A stretch of DNA of 64,000 nucleotides, taken from NCBI GenBank assembly GCA_002104905.1, contig MCFE01000301.1, positions 35,545 to 99,544 of the forward strand, given 5' to 3'. This document shows positions 48,975 to 59,180 of the stretch, piece by piece. The DNA is from Basidiobolus meristosporus CBS 931.73. Taxonomy: Eukaryota > Fungi > Basidiobolomycota. The translations under genes and the position numbers were made by a program. Under the pieces are notes generated by a model. The model was not told the DNA's origin, ran no database searches, and saw only the letters and a list, made by a program, of their open reading frames with translations. Each line of letters starts with the position of its first letter. Position 1 is the stretch's first letter.

Positions 48975-50089
48975 GACGCCACCCCTCTATAATACCTGTA
49001 GTAGAGAGCTATAACACCCCGGCTCATTATAACAAAGTAGTATTTCTGATTCAGCAATGGGCTTAAATAAACTGTATGTTCACTTTTACATGCACCTTCG
49101 TGGCATACGGACGTAGAAACGACGACTGGCGCAAACCAAAGTCAAAGATGGGGTAAGCATACTTGAAGGCTACATTGATGCCCGATTCTGATTCGATAAA
49201 GCAGTATCAAAATAGAGGTGAAATTCGGTGAATATGTAGTTATTGGTTTGAGTTCTATATTGTATTTGTCTGATATGGGGAGTATTCACAGTATAATATC
49301 TAGTGTTTCACTTCCTCCACCTTACAACTGATTTATTATGAAAAATATGTGAAGCGTGCCACCGGATATGATCTCGAACTTTTAAATGTACATTTGAACG
49401 TAGAGAACTCTGGCATGTTGCTTGGCTATTGGCAATCGAATGGCTCTTTAACACTTCATTGTTCTATTAGCCATTAAATATCAAGGATCAAACACAAATA
49501 CATAATTGCATTTCTCCACTTTTTAATTCTCATTAACACATGCCAGCACCTTTTACTCAGCCTGCAATTTTTGCAACCAATCTTCGGTATTTAAAATAAA
49601 TCAAACAGCGACGATTACTAATGAAGTGACTTTTCATATGCCAATAGGCCGCAACGGTGTGAAACTTCAGATATTCAGCCGCTAGAAACAGTCTGAACGT
49701 GCTGTTATATAGGAATAGCTTGAATGTAGAATTTGTACTTTTCGAAACCACAAAGCCCCCATGCTAAGAATGAAGTACTTTCACCAGATTTCATCGATAT
49801 ATATATATATATAATAATAGTTTTATGCAAATTGGCTACTTTTGAAACCAGGATTGTCATTTTGGAGATGTACCACTTATCAGACCCAACATCTTTATAT
49901 CTCCGCCTTTAGGTGATTTACACTCCAATGATCATTTCCACAGCCAGATACCGAGGTATGATATCCATGTTGTTGCATGTAGACATAATTGAAGAATGTG
50001 GAACTGAACACTAAGCTTTATTTGGGCAATATCGTTATTACTCGTAAATGTAAGGCTTTCTACTATATCTTTTATAGAGAGATGGCGCC

Positions 50090-50380
50090 TCAATCCGAGT
50101 TAGCGTTCATTCGTGCCTCTCCCTTGGCTGCTCCTGCCTTTCCCTCTACTTGCATTTGCTGGTTTCCGATGGCTGACCCAATGGTGTCCTTGACGTTGCC
50201 CTTCAGCTTCTCACCAGCTCCTTGAGCGTAACCCTGGGCCTGGGCTGCCTTGTACTCGGCATCAGCTTGAGCCTGCTTGGCTGCTCCTTCGGCTTGCATT
50301 TGCTCGTTACCGAGAACGCTCCCTGCAGTCTCTTGGACGTAGCCAGCGGCGTACTTGACGTTGGAGTTGATTTTATCCAT
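50090..50380 (-). CDS. CsbD/Hmp1-like protein copy 27
   Basis: Intact 96-aa ORF. Confidence 0.9.
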   Translation of the reverse strand: MDKINSNVKYAAGYVQETAGSVLGNEQMQAEGAAKQAQADAEYKAAQAQGYAQGAGEKLKGNVKDTIGSAIGNQQMQVEGKAGAAKGEARMNANSD

Positions 50381-51027
50381 AGCTGTTGATGTGGCAAGCT
50401 GGCAATTGCACTTGATATCTTGCGGTAATCTTGAGCCATCTTATATGCCGCTTGGACTGTCGGAGGTCCGCTTTACTCCTGCAACCAGTTGCCACTTATG
50501 GTCAGATAAACCCCGCTACTCAAATACTAGAAGTTGCTACGTAATTGCTTGACACCATGTTGATCACCAGTTATAAGGCAGATGCACGATATCTAGCGCT
50601 CATCTTCGTGTATGTTCGCAATATAAATAGAACAAATCTGGGAAATAATCCCCGATTTCTTTATATCCCATAGAGTCCCTAAAGAAATAAGCTACCCATG
50701 CGAGTTTCGGCTTTTTTACGGCTCCTGATATTGATGCAAATGTTGTCCAGCTACCATTCGCCCATTCGAAATCACTATACTCTCCCCTTCAGCATAGGCG
50801 TTTTTAGTTACTGCTTTCTCCAACGTCATCACTCAGTTTAACTTTATCCGGTAAATAGGGGCAGGGTGTAGAGTCGCATGAAAGACGTGCAGTGACGTCT
50901 AACATGCGCTAACTAATTTTCATATAAGTTATACACTTGGGTTTTACCTTCCACAAATATGAGACCCAGAGGATTATAAATAGGGCAATTAGGTATCTGA
51001 TATCTCGACTTCCACATCAGATTCATC

Positions 51028-51318
51028 ATGGATAAAATCAATTCTAACGTCAAGTATGCTGCTGGCTACGTCCAAGAGACTGCAGGGAGCGTTCTTGGTA
51101 ATGAGCAAATGCAAGCCGAAGGAGCAGCCAAGCAGGCTCAAGCTGATGCCGAGTACAAGGCAGCCCAGGCCCAGGGTTACGCTCAAGGAGCTGGTGAGAA
51201 GCTGAAGGGCAATGTCAAGGACACTGTAGGCTCAGCCATCGGCAACCAGCAAATGCAAGCAGAGGGAAAGGCCGGAGCAGCCATGGGCGAAGCTCGCATG
51301 AATGCCAATTCTAATTAG
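51028..51318 (+). CDS. CsbD/Hmp1-like protein copy 28
   Basis: Intact 96-aa ORF. Confidence 0.9.
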   Translation: MDKINSNVKYAAGYVQETAGSVLGNEQMQAEGAAKQAQADAEYKAAQAQGYAQGAGEKLKGNVKDTVGSAIGNQQMQAEGKAGAAMGEARMNANSN

Positions 51319-51873
51319 ATTCCTGATAGTGTTCGTGCTTTGATTCTGCACTAAAAGTTTGAACCCGGTTAAGCAATAAAGTTAAATAAGAAATCAATCT
51401 GAAACTTGGTCTGACTCTTTTAATTGGCTTTCCTGAAGTATCCTATGCGCAAGACGTGGGGCGCTATCCCTTTATAGTCAGATGATAATGGTGTCTCAGT
51501 CCAAGCGGGTTTCAAATGGAAAATCGAGGCTTGAGGCGAGCACCATCGATAATGATGGCTGCGATAAACAGAATCTTTTGGTATTCGTGGTAATTCATAG
51601 CTTAGCTCACCTCTGCATCCTATTACCAAACTCATTAAAATAGGTGAGTTGGGCCTCTCGGTAGCATCCAATCACTCTTATCTTTTTCTTCCAAGCGCCT
51701 TCTCCAATCCATTTCTTGCGATATTGCCCTCAGACCGTTCACAAATAGTCTATTGTCCGGAAGCAGCGGTCCAATAGACACGCCCTTGGTTGGTATCGCA
51801 TGAAGTGACGTTAACCTCACCCAAAGTATAAATGGTACCCCCTATGCGGAACGGATGATGGCATTTGCTCAGT

Positions 51874-52113
51874 ATGGAAAAATTCAATGCTAACCTAAAA
51901 TATGCCGCTGGCTACGTTCAGGAAATCACGGGAAGTTTATTACGACATCCACAAATGCAGGCGGAAGGAGTAGCTAAGCAGGCACAGGCCGATAGCGAGT
52001 ATCACGCAGCCGTAAATCACCAAAAACACTCCACGTTTGTGGACGAAAATGACAAAGACCAAGACGAACTGGGATACGACAGCAACATGCGAATGAATCG
52101 CAGTATAGATTAA
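51874..52113 (+). CDS. Divergent CsbD/Hmp1-like protein copy 29 (79 aa, single repeat plus acidic tail)
   Basis: MEKFNANLKYAAGYVQEITGS...AQADSEYHAA followed by an unrelated acidic segment DENDKDQDELGYD. Confidence 0.75.
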   Translation: MEKFNANLKYAAGYVQEITGSLLRHPQMQAEGVAKQAQADSEYHAAVNHQKHSTFVDENDKDQDELGYDSNMRMNRSID

Positions 52114-52185
52114 GGATTGTGAAATAAACGTTGACAAAAGGGGATTTATTATTAATTATGGCGGAATATGAATATTATGTTAGTA

Positions 52186-53796
52186 TTACACGTTGCTGGG
52201 ACACTTGACCTGGCGGTTTCCGGCATCCTTGGGCATCCACCCTTGTTCCAGTCCGATTTGGTAGTCCCAATGAGGGTTGACGTGGTTCTCAGTCTTCCAT
52301 GTCCAGAAGAACCAGCCAAAACTGGTTTCGAAGGATTCCATCTGAAATTGGCTGTATTTGCTCAAGAAATCCTTGTATTCTGGCGTGAATGTCTTCCAAT
52401 CATCGACGCCCTCGCAGCTGCATTTGGGTTTGGTAGGGCACAGTGGGTTACCGAGATTATCTGGGAAAGTGCCGTCCCAACGGGAACCCATTCTAATCCC
52501 GTTCAACCACTTGGCACAATCATTGCTGGCAACCGAGAATTCTCCAACCATCGTCCATCCGAAGTTCTTATTACTGGTGGTGATATCCTGCTTCCAGGTG
52601 CTGCATACAAAGTCTAGCTTCTGCTGTTGCGACATGGCCACTAAATAAAGGTCAAAGATCAGATAGTTGTGTACGTCCATGCAGACGTTCTTGTATTGTG
52701 GCGCCTTGAACTTGCCAGTCCACTGGTTCAACCCGACAAATCCCTCATGGTAGACCAGTACCGGGGATTCAGGCGCTGTGGCATTACGAAGCTTGTCATA
52801 CGCTTGGTAATACCACTGTTCAGCTAGGCCCTTATCCATTTTGCTGAAGGTGGGCTCGTTCAATATTCCCAGTAGAGGGGCGACGTTCTTCCATTCGGGT
52901 TTGGAGAAAAAGTCGGCTATCTTGACCAGGACGTTCATGGTACGGTCGGCGTTCTGTTGTCCAGCGGGGCCATTCAAGAATCCGACCGCGCCTGACCTAC
53001 CACTGTGATTCCAACCGTTTTGAGAGCCAGGGGCACCATGCAACTCCACCATAACCCGAAGACCATACTTCCTCGCCCAGTTGATTCCTTTCAGTAAATA
53101 GTCCCAGGAACCGTCGATGAAGGGCTCACCGTCCTGAATGTCAAGCGCCCAATATCCAATAGGAATGCGCACATGGTCAAGACCTGCCTCAGCCATTTGT
53201 TTGAAATCTGCCTCGGTGATGAAGGTCTCGTAATGCTTGGTAATCCGTTTTTTGCATTCGATTTTGCCAAGTTTCTGGCATAAAGTCCATTCATCGATCA
53301 CTCCGTCCTCTGGTTGAAACCCTTCGAACAAAGAGGGAGCGATGAATGGCTCCAACACGAGCCACCCACCAGCGTTGACCCCTCTAACTGGCAGTTGACC
53401 GTATGGGAACGGCTCGTTCAGTGGAGGCACTCGTGAGTTGGGTCTTGCAGTATCGTCGAATGTATTGACATCAGGCTTCGAATTGTTGCCGGCATTCGAG
53501 TTGCTGTCAGGGTGGGGGGTGTCGAGATTAGTGTCCGCGCCGAAGTTGGTATGGTTCGAGGACTTACTCCTCGGTATCAACACCGCCATCAAAACCACGG
53601 CGACGATAACTACGACAGTTAGCAGTATTAGCTTCCATCTATGACGACGGAGAAAAGACGGGCGTGATTTTTCGATATCAGCCCCCTTTGAAGACATGTT
53701 GTTGGGGATTAGGGAAGGTGAAGAGGGAATCGAGGCTGGTGAGCTTTTATTGAAGTTGGTTGGGCCGAATTCTTCTCGGGTATAATGGGGGACCAA
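52186..53796 (-). CDS. Membrane-anchored glucan 1,3-beta-glucosidase, GH5 (Exg-like)
   Basis: N-terminal TM helix; RGVNAGGWLVLEPFIAPSLF, HVRIPIGYW, HGAPGSQNGWNHSG, ILNEP (acid/base Glu), VGEFS (nucleophile Glu), GWFFWTWKTE. Intronless. Confidence 0.93.
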   Translation of the reverse strand: MVPHYTREEFGPTNFNKSSPASIPSSPSLIPNNMSSKGADIEKSRPSFLRRHRWKLILLTVVVIVAVVLMAVLIPRSKSSNHTNFGADTNLDTPHPDSNSNAGNNSKPDVNTFDDTARPNSRVPPLNEPFPYGQLPVRGVNAGGWLVLEPFIAPSLFEGFQPEDGVIDEWTLCQKLGKIECKKRITKHYETFITEADFKQMAEAGLDHVRIPIGYWALDIQDGEPFIDGSWDYLLKGINWARKYGLRVMVELHGAPGSQNGWNHSGRSGAVGFLNGPAGQQNADRTMNVLVKIADFFSKPEWKNVAPLLGILNEPTFSKMDKGLAEQWYYQAYDKLRNATAPESPVLVYHEGFVGLNQWTGKFKAPQYKNVCMDVHNYLIFDLYLVAMSQQQKLDFVCSTWKQDITTSNKNFGWTMVGEFSVASNDCAKWLNGIRMGSRWDGTFPDNLGNPLCPTKPKCSCEGVDDWKTFTPEYKDFLSKYSQFQMESFETSFGWFFWTWKTENHVNPHWDYQIGLEQGWMPKDAGNRQVKCPSNV

Positions 53797-54719
53797 TTCT
53801 AGAAATACTTAAATATTCGAGGAACCAAATGTAACCTGAAATGACGCCAACAATAGACTCTAGGGAATTGCTCACTAATGGTACAAACGTAGATTGGAGA
53901 TGCGCCTTGATTGGGCTACTTCTCCCAAAATGGAATCAATGGGTGACGGATTTAATTCACCTCGCTACACCCTCCAAGAAAGAAGTGGCACTCTTGTTGA
54001 TTTGGTTTGTGACCTCATGATTGCATCTTGGCCTATCACTTTGTATAGCCTGTTTAACCTCATGGTGCCATCGGGTTTGTGTTGTTGAGCGCCACTGTCA
54101 AAATTAGTCTAAATATACTGCACTTGAGGATTAAGCTTATTTGTGCTTGTCTGTTTACACACCCGATGCAAAATGCGTGATCAATTTCGTTGCCATATTT
54201 ATTGCGTGTGGCTTGCCATACAAATTTGTTCCGAAGTTTACATGTTGGCGTCATGAAGCACTATTCGAGCCACGTTATGTATGCTTTGATCCGTCCAATA
54301 TTGGTAGTTCCGTTTAGTGCTTGGTCTGTGGAGATATTCATATAAAACATGGGAATGGATTATGCATCTCATTGAACTCCTATTTCTCGGTCACTTGTCC
54401 TGAATCCGCACCAGGTAGAACTTGGGGACCTGGATGAGATTTATTGACTTCTGAGATCAGATTTGGAAGTTTTCTGTTGCCAATAAGATTAGTGCAGGTA
54501 AGTGTTTAGGTGCTATATTCTGTATAGGCAGAGTGTGGATGATGGCTGATATACCTGATATAGACTATGCACTGGCATTTTCAGAACTTGGCAGCTTCCT
54601 AATCTGTGATAAATTGTATTTTCTCCCCATATTCATTTAGTAGTTACAGCCTCCACTCTGGTGTAATACAAAAAGGAGTAAGAATCTGATTGTTTTGTCA
54701 AAATAGACAACATGCAATG

Positions 54720-54990
54720 TGATTGTTACCTTTACCATTGTTGCTATTAGTATTCAAGCTCCATTCCAAGTAGTAACTCAGACTAGTATTTACAAGCCCC
54801 AGTTCATTGTTGGGAATTACTTTTAGTGCCTCACTAGAATAACAGGTACCCAGGACATGAAAAGTTGACAAGCTGATGAAACAGCCCTAAACTTTGCATT
54901 CATGCTTTTGGAACCTTCCTAATCATATACCATATTTTCTTTTTTCCAAGTCCATGTAAATGTATATTTACTACTTGTACATTCAGTATA
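54720..54990 (+). repeat. Degenerate solo LTR related to the downstream Copia LTR
   Basis: TTGTTGGGAATTACTT and AACAGGTACCCAGGACATGAAAAG...AAACAGCCCTAAACTTTGCA align with the middle of the LTR at 58832..59180. Confidence 0.7.
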
Positions 54991-55039
54991 TCATCCCTAT
55001 GAAAAATAATTTGGTCCCGCAGGTGGATCCAATCCAGAT

Positions 55040-56900
55040 CAGCCATCAGGATCCTGTTTGGGGGCCATCATAATACCAGCAGCTTGGAATTAGTGACCCT
55101 CTTAATGATCCTATGACAGGATCACAATGGCATTTAGCTAATTTTACTGCCAAATAAAGTTATAGAACTTGACAGGGTTTGATTAGTGCTGTGGCAATAA
55201 TTGCATGGCATTGCTGCGGTCTTGATGCACTCTACAACTATTTTAAATGGGTCTTACCAGACAGAACATCCAATTGCCTAATATGGCAAATAACTTGGCA
55301 GTGTTTTGATGGCCTCATTGCAAGCCTCTGATGGCATTATTATGGCAGTAGGGTGGCCTACAGCTAGTTCTGTATGATGCTACCATATCAATTACCAAAT
55401 GGTATTTCCTATTTCTACCTCCCCTTGTGCAATTTATATATTCCACTGTAGAATCACCCCTCTTTATTTTCTTACTCACAACTACCTTGGGTATTCCACA
55501 TATTGTCCAAATAAAAAAAACTATGGCCTCCTGCTTACTAACCTCTTCAGATGCACACACCTGCCACAATTGACATACATCTATCACCTCAACTTCAGGG
55601 CTTTTTAGTGTGATACTTGCAAAGTTGCATATACCTTGTTCTGCTGGTAACAAATACATCTTGCAAACATATGCTTGGTTGCTGCCACTTCTGCCATGAA
55701 TACCTCCTGAATATCTGCAAAGAGCTTTTTGGTATTTACCCAATATATTCCTTCACCCTGCTAGATTATAGTACCCCTTATAGGTGAACTCTTGCTCTTG
55801 TTTGTGTGAATTCTGTATTGAATGGTGCAGAAGTTGGCTTGTGACCAAGAGAAACCTGGCACCCTTTGGTAGAGCTTTCCTAATGAAAATTAGTTGCTTG
55901 TTGCTCCCAACCCAACTTTACATTTCTTAACTATTACCCATGCATTGGGGCTGCTTAGCTTCTTAATTCCATAGGCATAGGTGTCTCCATATGCACATCT
56001 GTCCTCAGTACTTTACAGCTCTTCCTGGCTGTCCTCCATGTACCAACTCATCACATCCATGACAGACTTGAAGGTAATATGCTTGATGAGACTGGGATAT
56101 GGTAGTACCTGCAATTTGACTTGTCTTCCTATCCCCCCACACATCAGCTCCATGGGAAGCTCCCAAAAGGTGAAGCAAGGCCCAATATTCTTCACACACA
56201 AAGCAAGATGGAGTAGAGAATGGATACAGTAGCTGCAGAGATCTACATATTCAGCTTTATGTCCTACAAAAAATTATTGAGATGATCCTGTCAAAAGGTG
56301 GTCACAAAGTTAAAGTCCCATGACTAGGGGTACTGATCTTGTTGGGACACCATCCAGAGACCATTGAAAAATAATTGCCCCCAGATTTCACAAAAAACTT
56401 GGTCAAAATTTCTCATCACAACAATGTATAAGTGGCTTTTGATTGGTTCCCTGGCAATTTGCTCACTTTCTGATCCCAGACACTCTATTGCCACCTACAT
56501 TTGCGTGAATTGATTGGCTATTGCCTCTTTTTCACACTCCTTGCTTCCTGACTCAACCATTTCACTTACTTTTCATGCATACAGATTGATTTATTTCCAT
56601 TGGAGCTTCAGTTGTACCTCAATTGCCAATTGTATTGACCTATACAAGTCTCTATACCCTACACTAACATTAAGCCCAACCCCACACTCAACAAGTAACT
56701 CCATTAAAATCCACCACTCAATAAGTATTTCTGCTGTAAAGCTCTGGTTTCACAACTTTGGTGGGAACCCAACAGCTTTATGCAACTGTTCATTCACTGG
56801 TTCCCACACATCCTGGTCTTCAGCTGGCACTGCAAGGTCTAGCTCCTCATCTGCCAGTCTTTGCAATATTCCAGTGCATTTTCTTGAGCACTGCTCTTGA
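55040..56900 (-). mobile_element. Highly degenerate Ty3/Gypsy-like retrotransposon remnant (gag/RT/integrase fragments)
   Basis: Broken frames with integrase-like CQLWQVC, GIPKVVVS, ASYRTS and K-L...YDGP, and gag-like VKPELY. Many stops; CpG-depleted. Confidence 0.5.
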
Positions 56901-56999
56901 AGAACTGCTGCAACCTCTTGGTGTGCCTTTTAATGTTCCAAAACTCTACTGAAGGCACTGTGATAGTCTTTCAAGCTCTGGACATTGTAACCTTGTGTG

Positions 57000-58445
57000 T
57001 CAGTGGGATCTCCACTCTGTCAACAATGGAGGCTGTGGAGGCTGTGATAGACAAATTGCCTTTTCAGCAAACTCATCTACCTTGCTGGAGTGTAGCACCA
57101 CTGGCTGTGCTTCCAACTCTTGTGAAAACAGCTGTTTTCTTGTTGGTAATTCTTCTTGGCTATGATGGGATTCAGTCTGTTCCTGGCTTTTGGCATTAAT
57201 TGGCAAGAACTGCAGTTTTTTTTGCATGCCTCCCTGTCTCAGCCTTGTGTAGACATTTTTCCCTTTACCTTTTCCTTCATCACTGCTAGGTCTTTCACTG
57301 CTACTTTGTCTGTGTACTTCTTGTAAAGAACTACGTTTTCTCCTGGATAAATTCTGCTCTGACAAATCTGTTTTGGTCTGCTTGTCCCTTGCTGGCACTC
57401 TTCTGGCAACCTGACATTTCTTTTCTGCTTGTTTTGAGCTCTCACCATAGTTGTGACAGGCTCCTGTAAAAGCAGCTGGTTTTTATTACTGCCAGGTCCT
57501 TCACTGTTACTTTGACTAGGTGCTTCTTGAGTGGTACTATGCTTTTCCTTGATAAATGTTGTGCTGATGCATCTGTGTCTGCCTGCTTGTTCCTAATTGG
57601 CACTCTTCCAGCTACCTGACATCACTTTGATGCTTGTCTGGAGCTTTTGGCCCTGCTTGTAATGGGCTCTTGAGGAAGCTGTTGGTTTTTAGCCATGGCA
57701 CTCTTGTTCTTCTGCCTTTGATAGTTTCTGCTATTTTTAAGATACTTTCTTAGCATACCAATGCTGGCCCAAAATCCATTTGCCTGTTTGAATCCAGGAT
57801 AATGCTTATGGAGCAAGTCAAGTGCATTCTGCTTGGCTTTGAATTCCTGATGATCCTATGGTATGCTGGCCTTAAGGTGATGGCATGCTAGACTTCTGAC
57901 AGCCACTTGTATATTAGCCCACTCTTCATTATTGCACTCAATGGCTTCTTGGATCTTCAGTGTCTTATGATTTTTAGGCTTTGGTATAAACACCACATTG
58001 TCTCCCTCCCATGCTGGATAGGTTTTTCTGTGGACATTATATTTGGGCACTGTTGTTGTGCATCAAAGACTGTACGGTGTTCCTCTGCTGTTACATTGGG
58101 CAATGGCTCAATTCTTGGCTGTGACATTGAGCTACTTGAGTTCCTTCTTTGCAGCGGAGATACTGCTTTCTCTACCTGGGATATTGATTGCTCTACACAT
58201 ATTATCTGCTCATCCTGTTTCTGGACTATCTCATGATTTCTCTGGGCCATTGCATCTATGCTATCAGCCACTGCACCTAATTGCTTCATTAATGCTTTGG
58301 TATGAGCTGACAATATACTTACTAATATAGATGGTGGTGATGTTATCATGGCCACTTGCTGATCTTCAACTGAGGGTACTGTGTTTGCTACATTCTCATC
58401 TTCCTGAGCATAACAGTCAGCTTGTGGCTCTGCAAAGGTTCTCAA
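57000..58445 (-). pseudogene. Frameshifted TE-associated ORF remnant of unknown family
   Basis: Fragments read through shifts as a coiled coil, then WANIQVAVRSLACHHLKASIPY...HYPGFKQANGFWASIGMLRKYLKNSR, then a low-complexity basic region. It lies within the CpG-depleted zone. Confidence 0.4.
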
Positions 58446-58831
58446 TTGCCTACTTTATTGAGAGCCTGAGGAGTCTGCATTATTCCCTTCAATGGGCACA
58501 CTGTCCACAGGGCCTTTTTTGGATGTAGCCCTGCTTGTTGCCCCAAATGTCAAAGCAAGCTGTTGTCCAACCATTCTTCTGTTGTCATCAGTGGTGGGGT
58601 TTGGTTAAGAACCAGACAACTTTGCTTACTGGGCGCAATATTGTAGCTACCAGTAGGCAGGATTGCTCTTCAACAATTTTGCACCATGTGGGACAATCTT
58701 GCACACTATGGCACAATCTGACATAATGAGGCTGGCACAAATGATTGCACCCACTTGTAATGTTTGCATCATGTGCACAATTGGATACCGCTATTATGAT
58801 AGGTAAAATCCGGTATTTGGATATGTTTCTT

Positions 58832-59180
58832 TTGTTATAAGATTTGTAATTCCACCTAAATATTCACCTAACTTAGTCACTTAGATCACTACCCTCAAAT
58901 CCTAGAGAATACTGACCAAAATCCTTGTTGGGATTTACTTAGAATATTTTCACCAAAATACCAGGTACCCAGAACATGAAAATTCACAAAGTTGTCCAAA
59001 CAGCCCAAAGCTTTGCACACATGTTCTTGGGACCTTTCTTAACCTATTCAATGTGTTTGTAATGCCAAGACCATGTAAAAGTATAAATACTACTTTTACA
59101 TTCAATAAATTATTAGGTGAAAACCACATAATCTACTTGTTCTCCCAATCACTTCCAATATCTCCAAGACTCTTACAACA
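58832..59180 (+). repeat. Copia 5' LTR (TG...CA), followed by PBS GGTTATGAGCCC at 59181..59192
   Basis: Direct repeat of 63167..63517. The PBS resembles the GGTTATGGGCCC half-tRNA-iMet primer site of Copia-type elements. Confidence 0.93.

Larger units (their letters stand above)
45728..49236. repeat. Large inverted duplication (arms ~45728..47318 and 47648..~49236, 329-bp spacer)
   Basis: 47220..47318 is the reverse complement of 47648..47745. The outer flank GAATCGGGCATCAATGTAGCC...CTTTGAC recurs inverted at ~49140-49190. The promoter segments match in inverted orientation. Confidence 0.9.
29127..52113. repeat. Tandem/inverted array of about 30 CsbD/Hmp1-like small hydrophilin genes
   Basis: A near-identical 291-bp ORF (MDKVNANIKYATGYVQETAG...AEYKAAQAQGY...) recurs about every 0.7 kb in mixed orientation. 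Confidence 0.97.

Noticed and set aside
49797-49812. (AT)n microsatellite in the AT-rich spacer
   Set aside because: An ordinary short simple repeat.
29140-51186. Many antisense or alternative-frame ORFs (e.g. MSVSLGLGCLV..., FILASPLVAPAF..., WIKSTPTSSTP...)
   Set aside because: Shadows of the codon-biased array genes; their starts and stops are inconsistent among copies.
51420-51820. Two short minus-strand ORFs between copies 28 and 29
   Set aside because: No recognisable family and no convincing splice join; probably intergenic or a very old relic.
29127-52113. CRISPR-like or satellite interpretation of the regular repeats
   Set aside because: The repeats are 291-bp protein-coding ORFs in both orientations with promoters, in a eukaryote; there is no short repeat-spacer structure.
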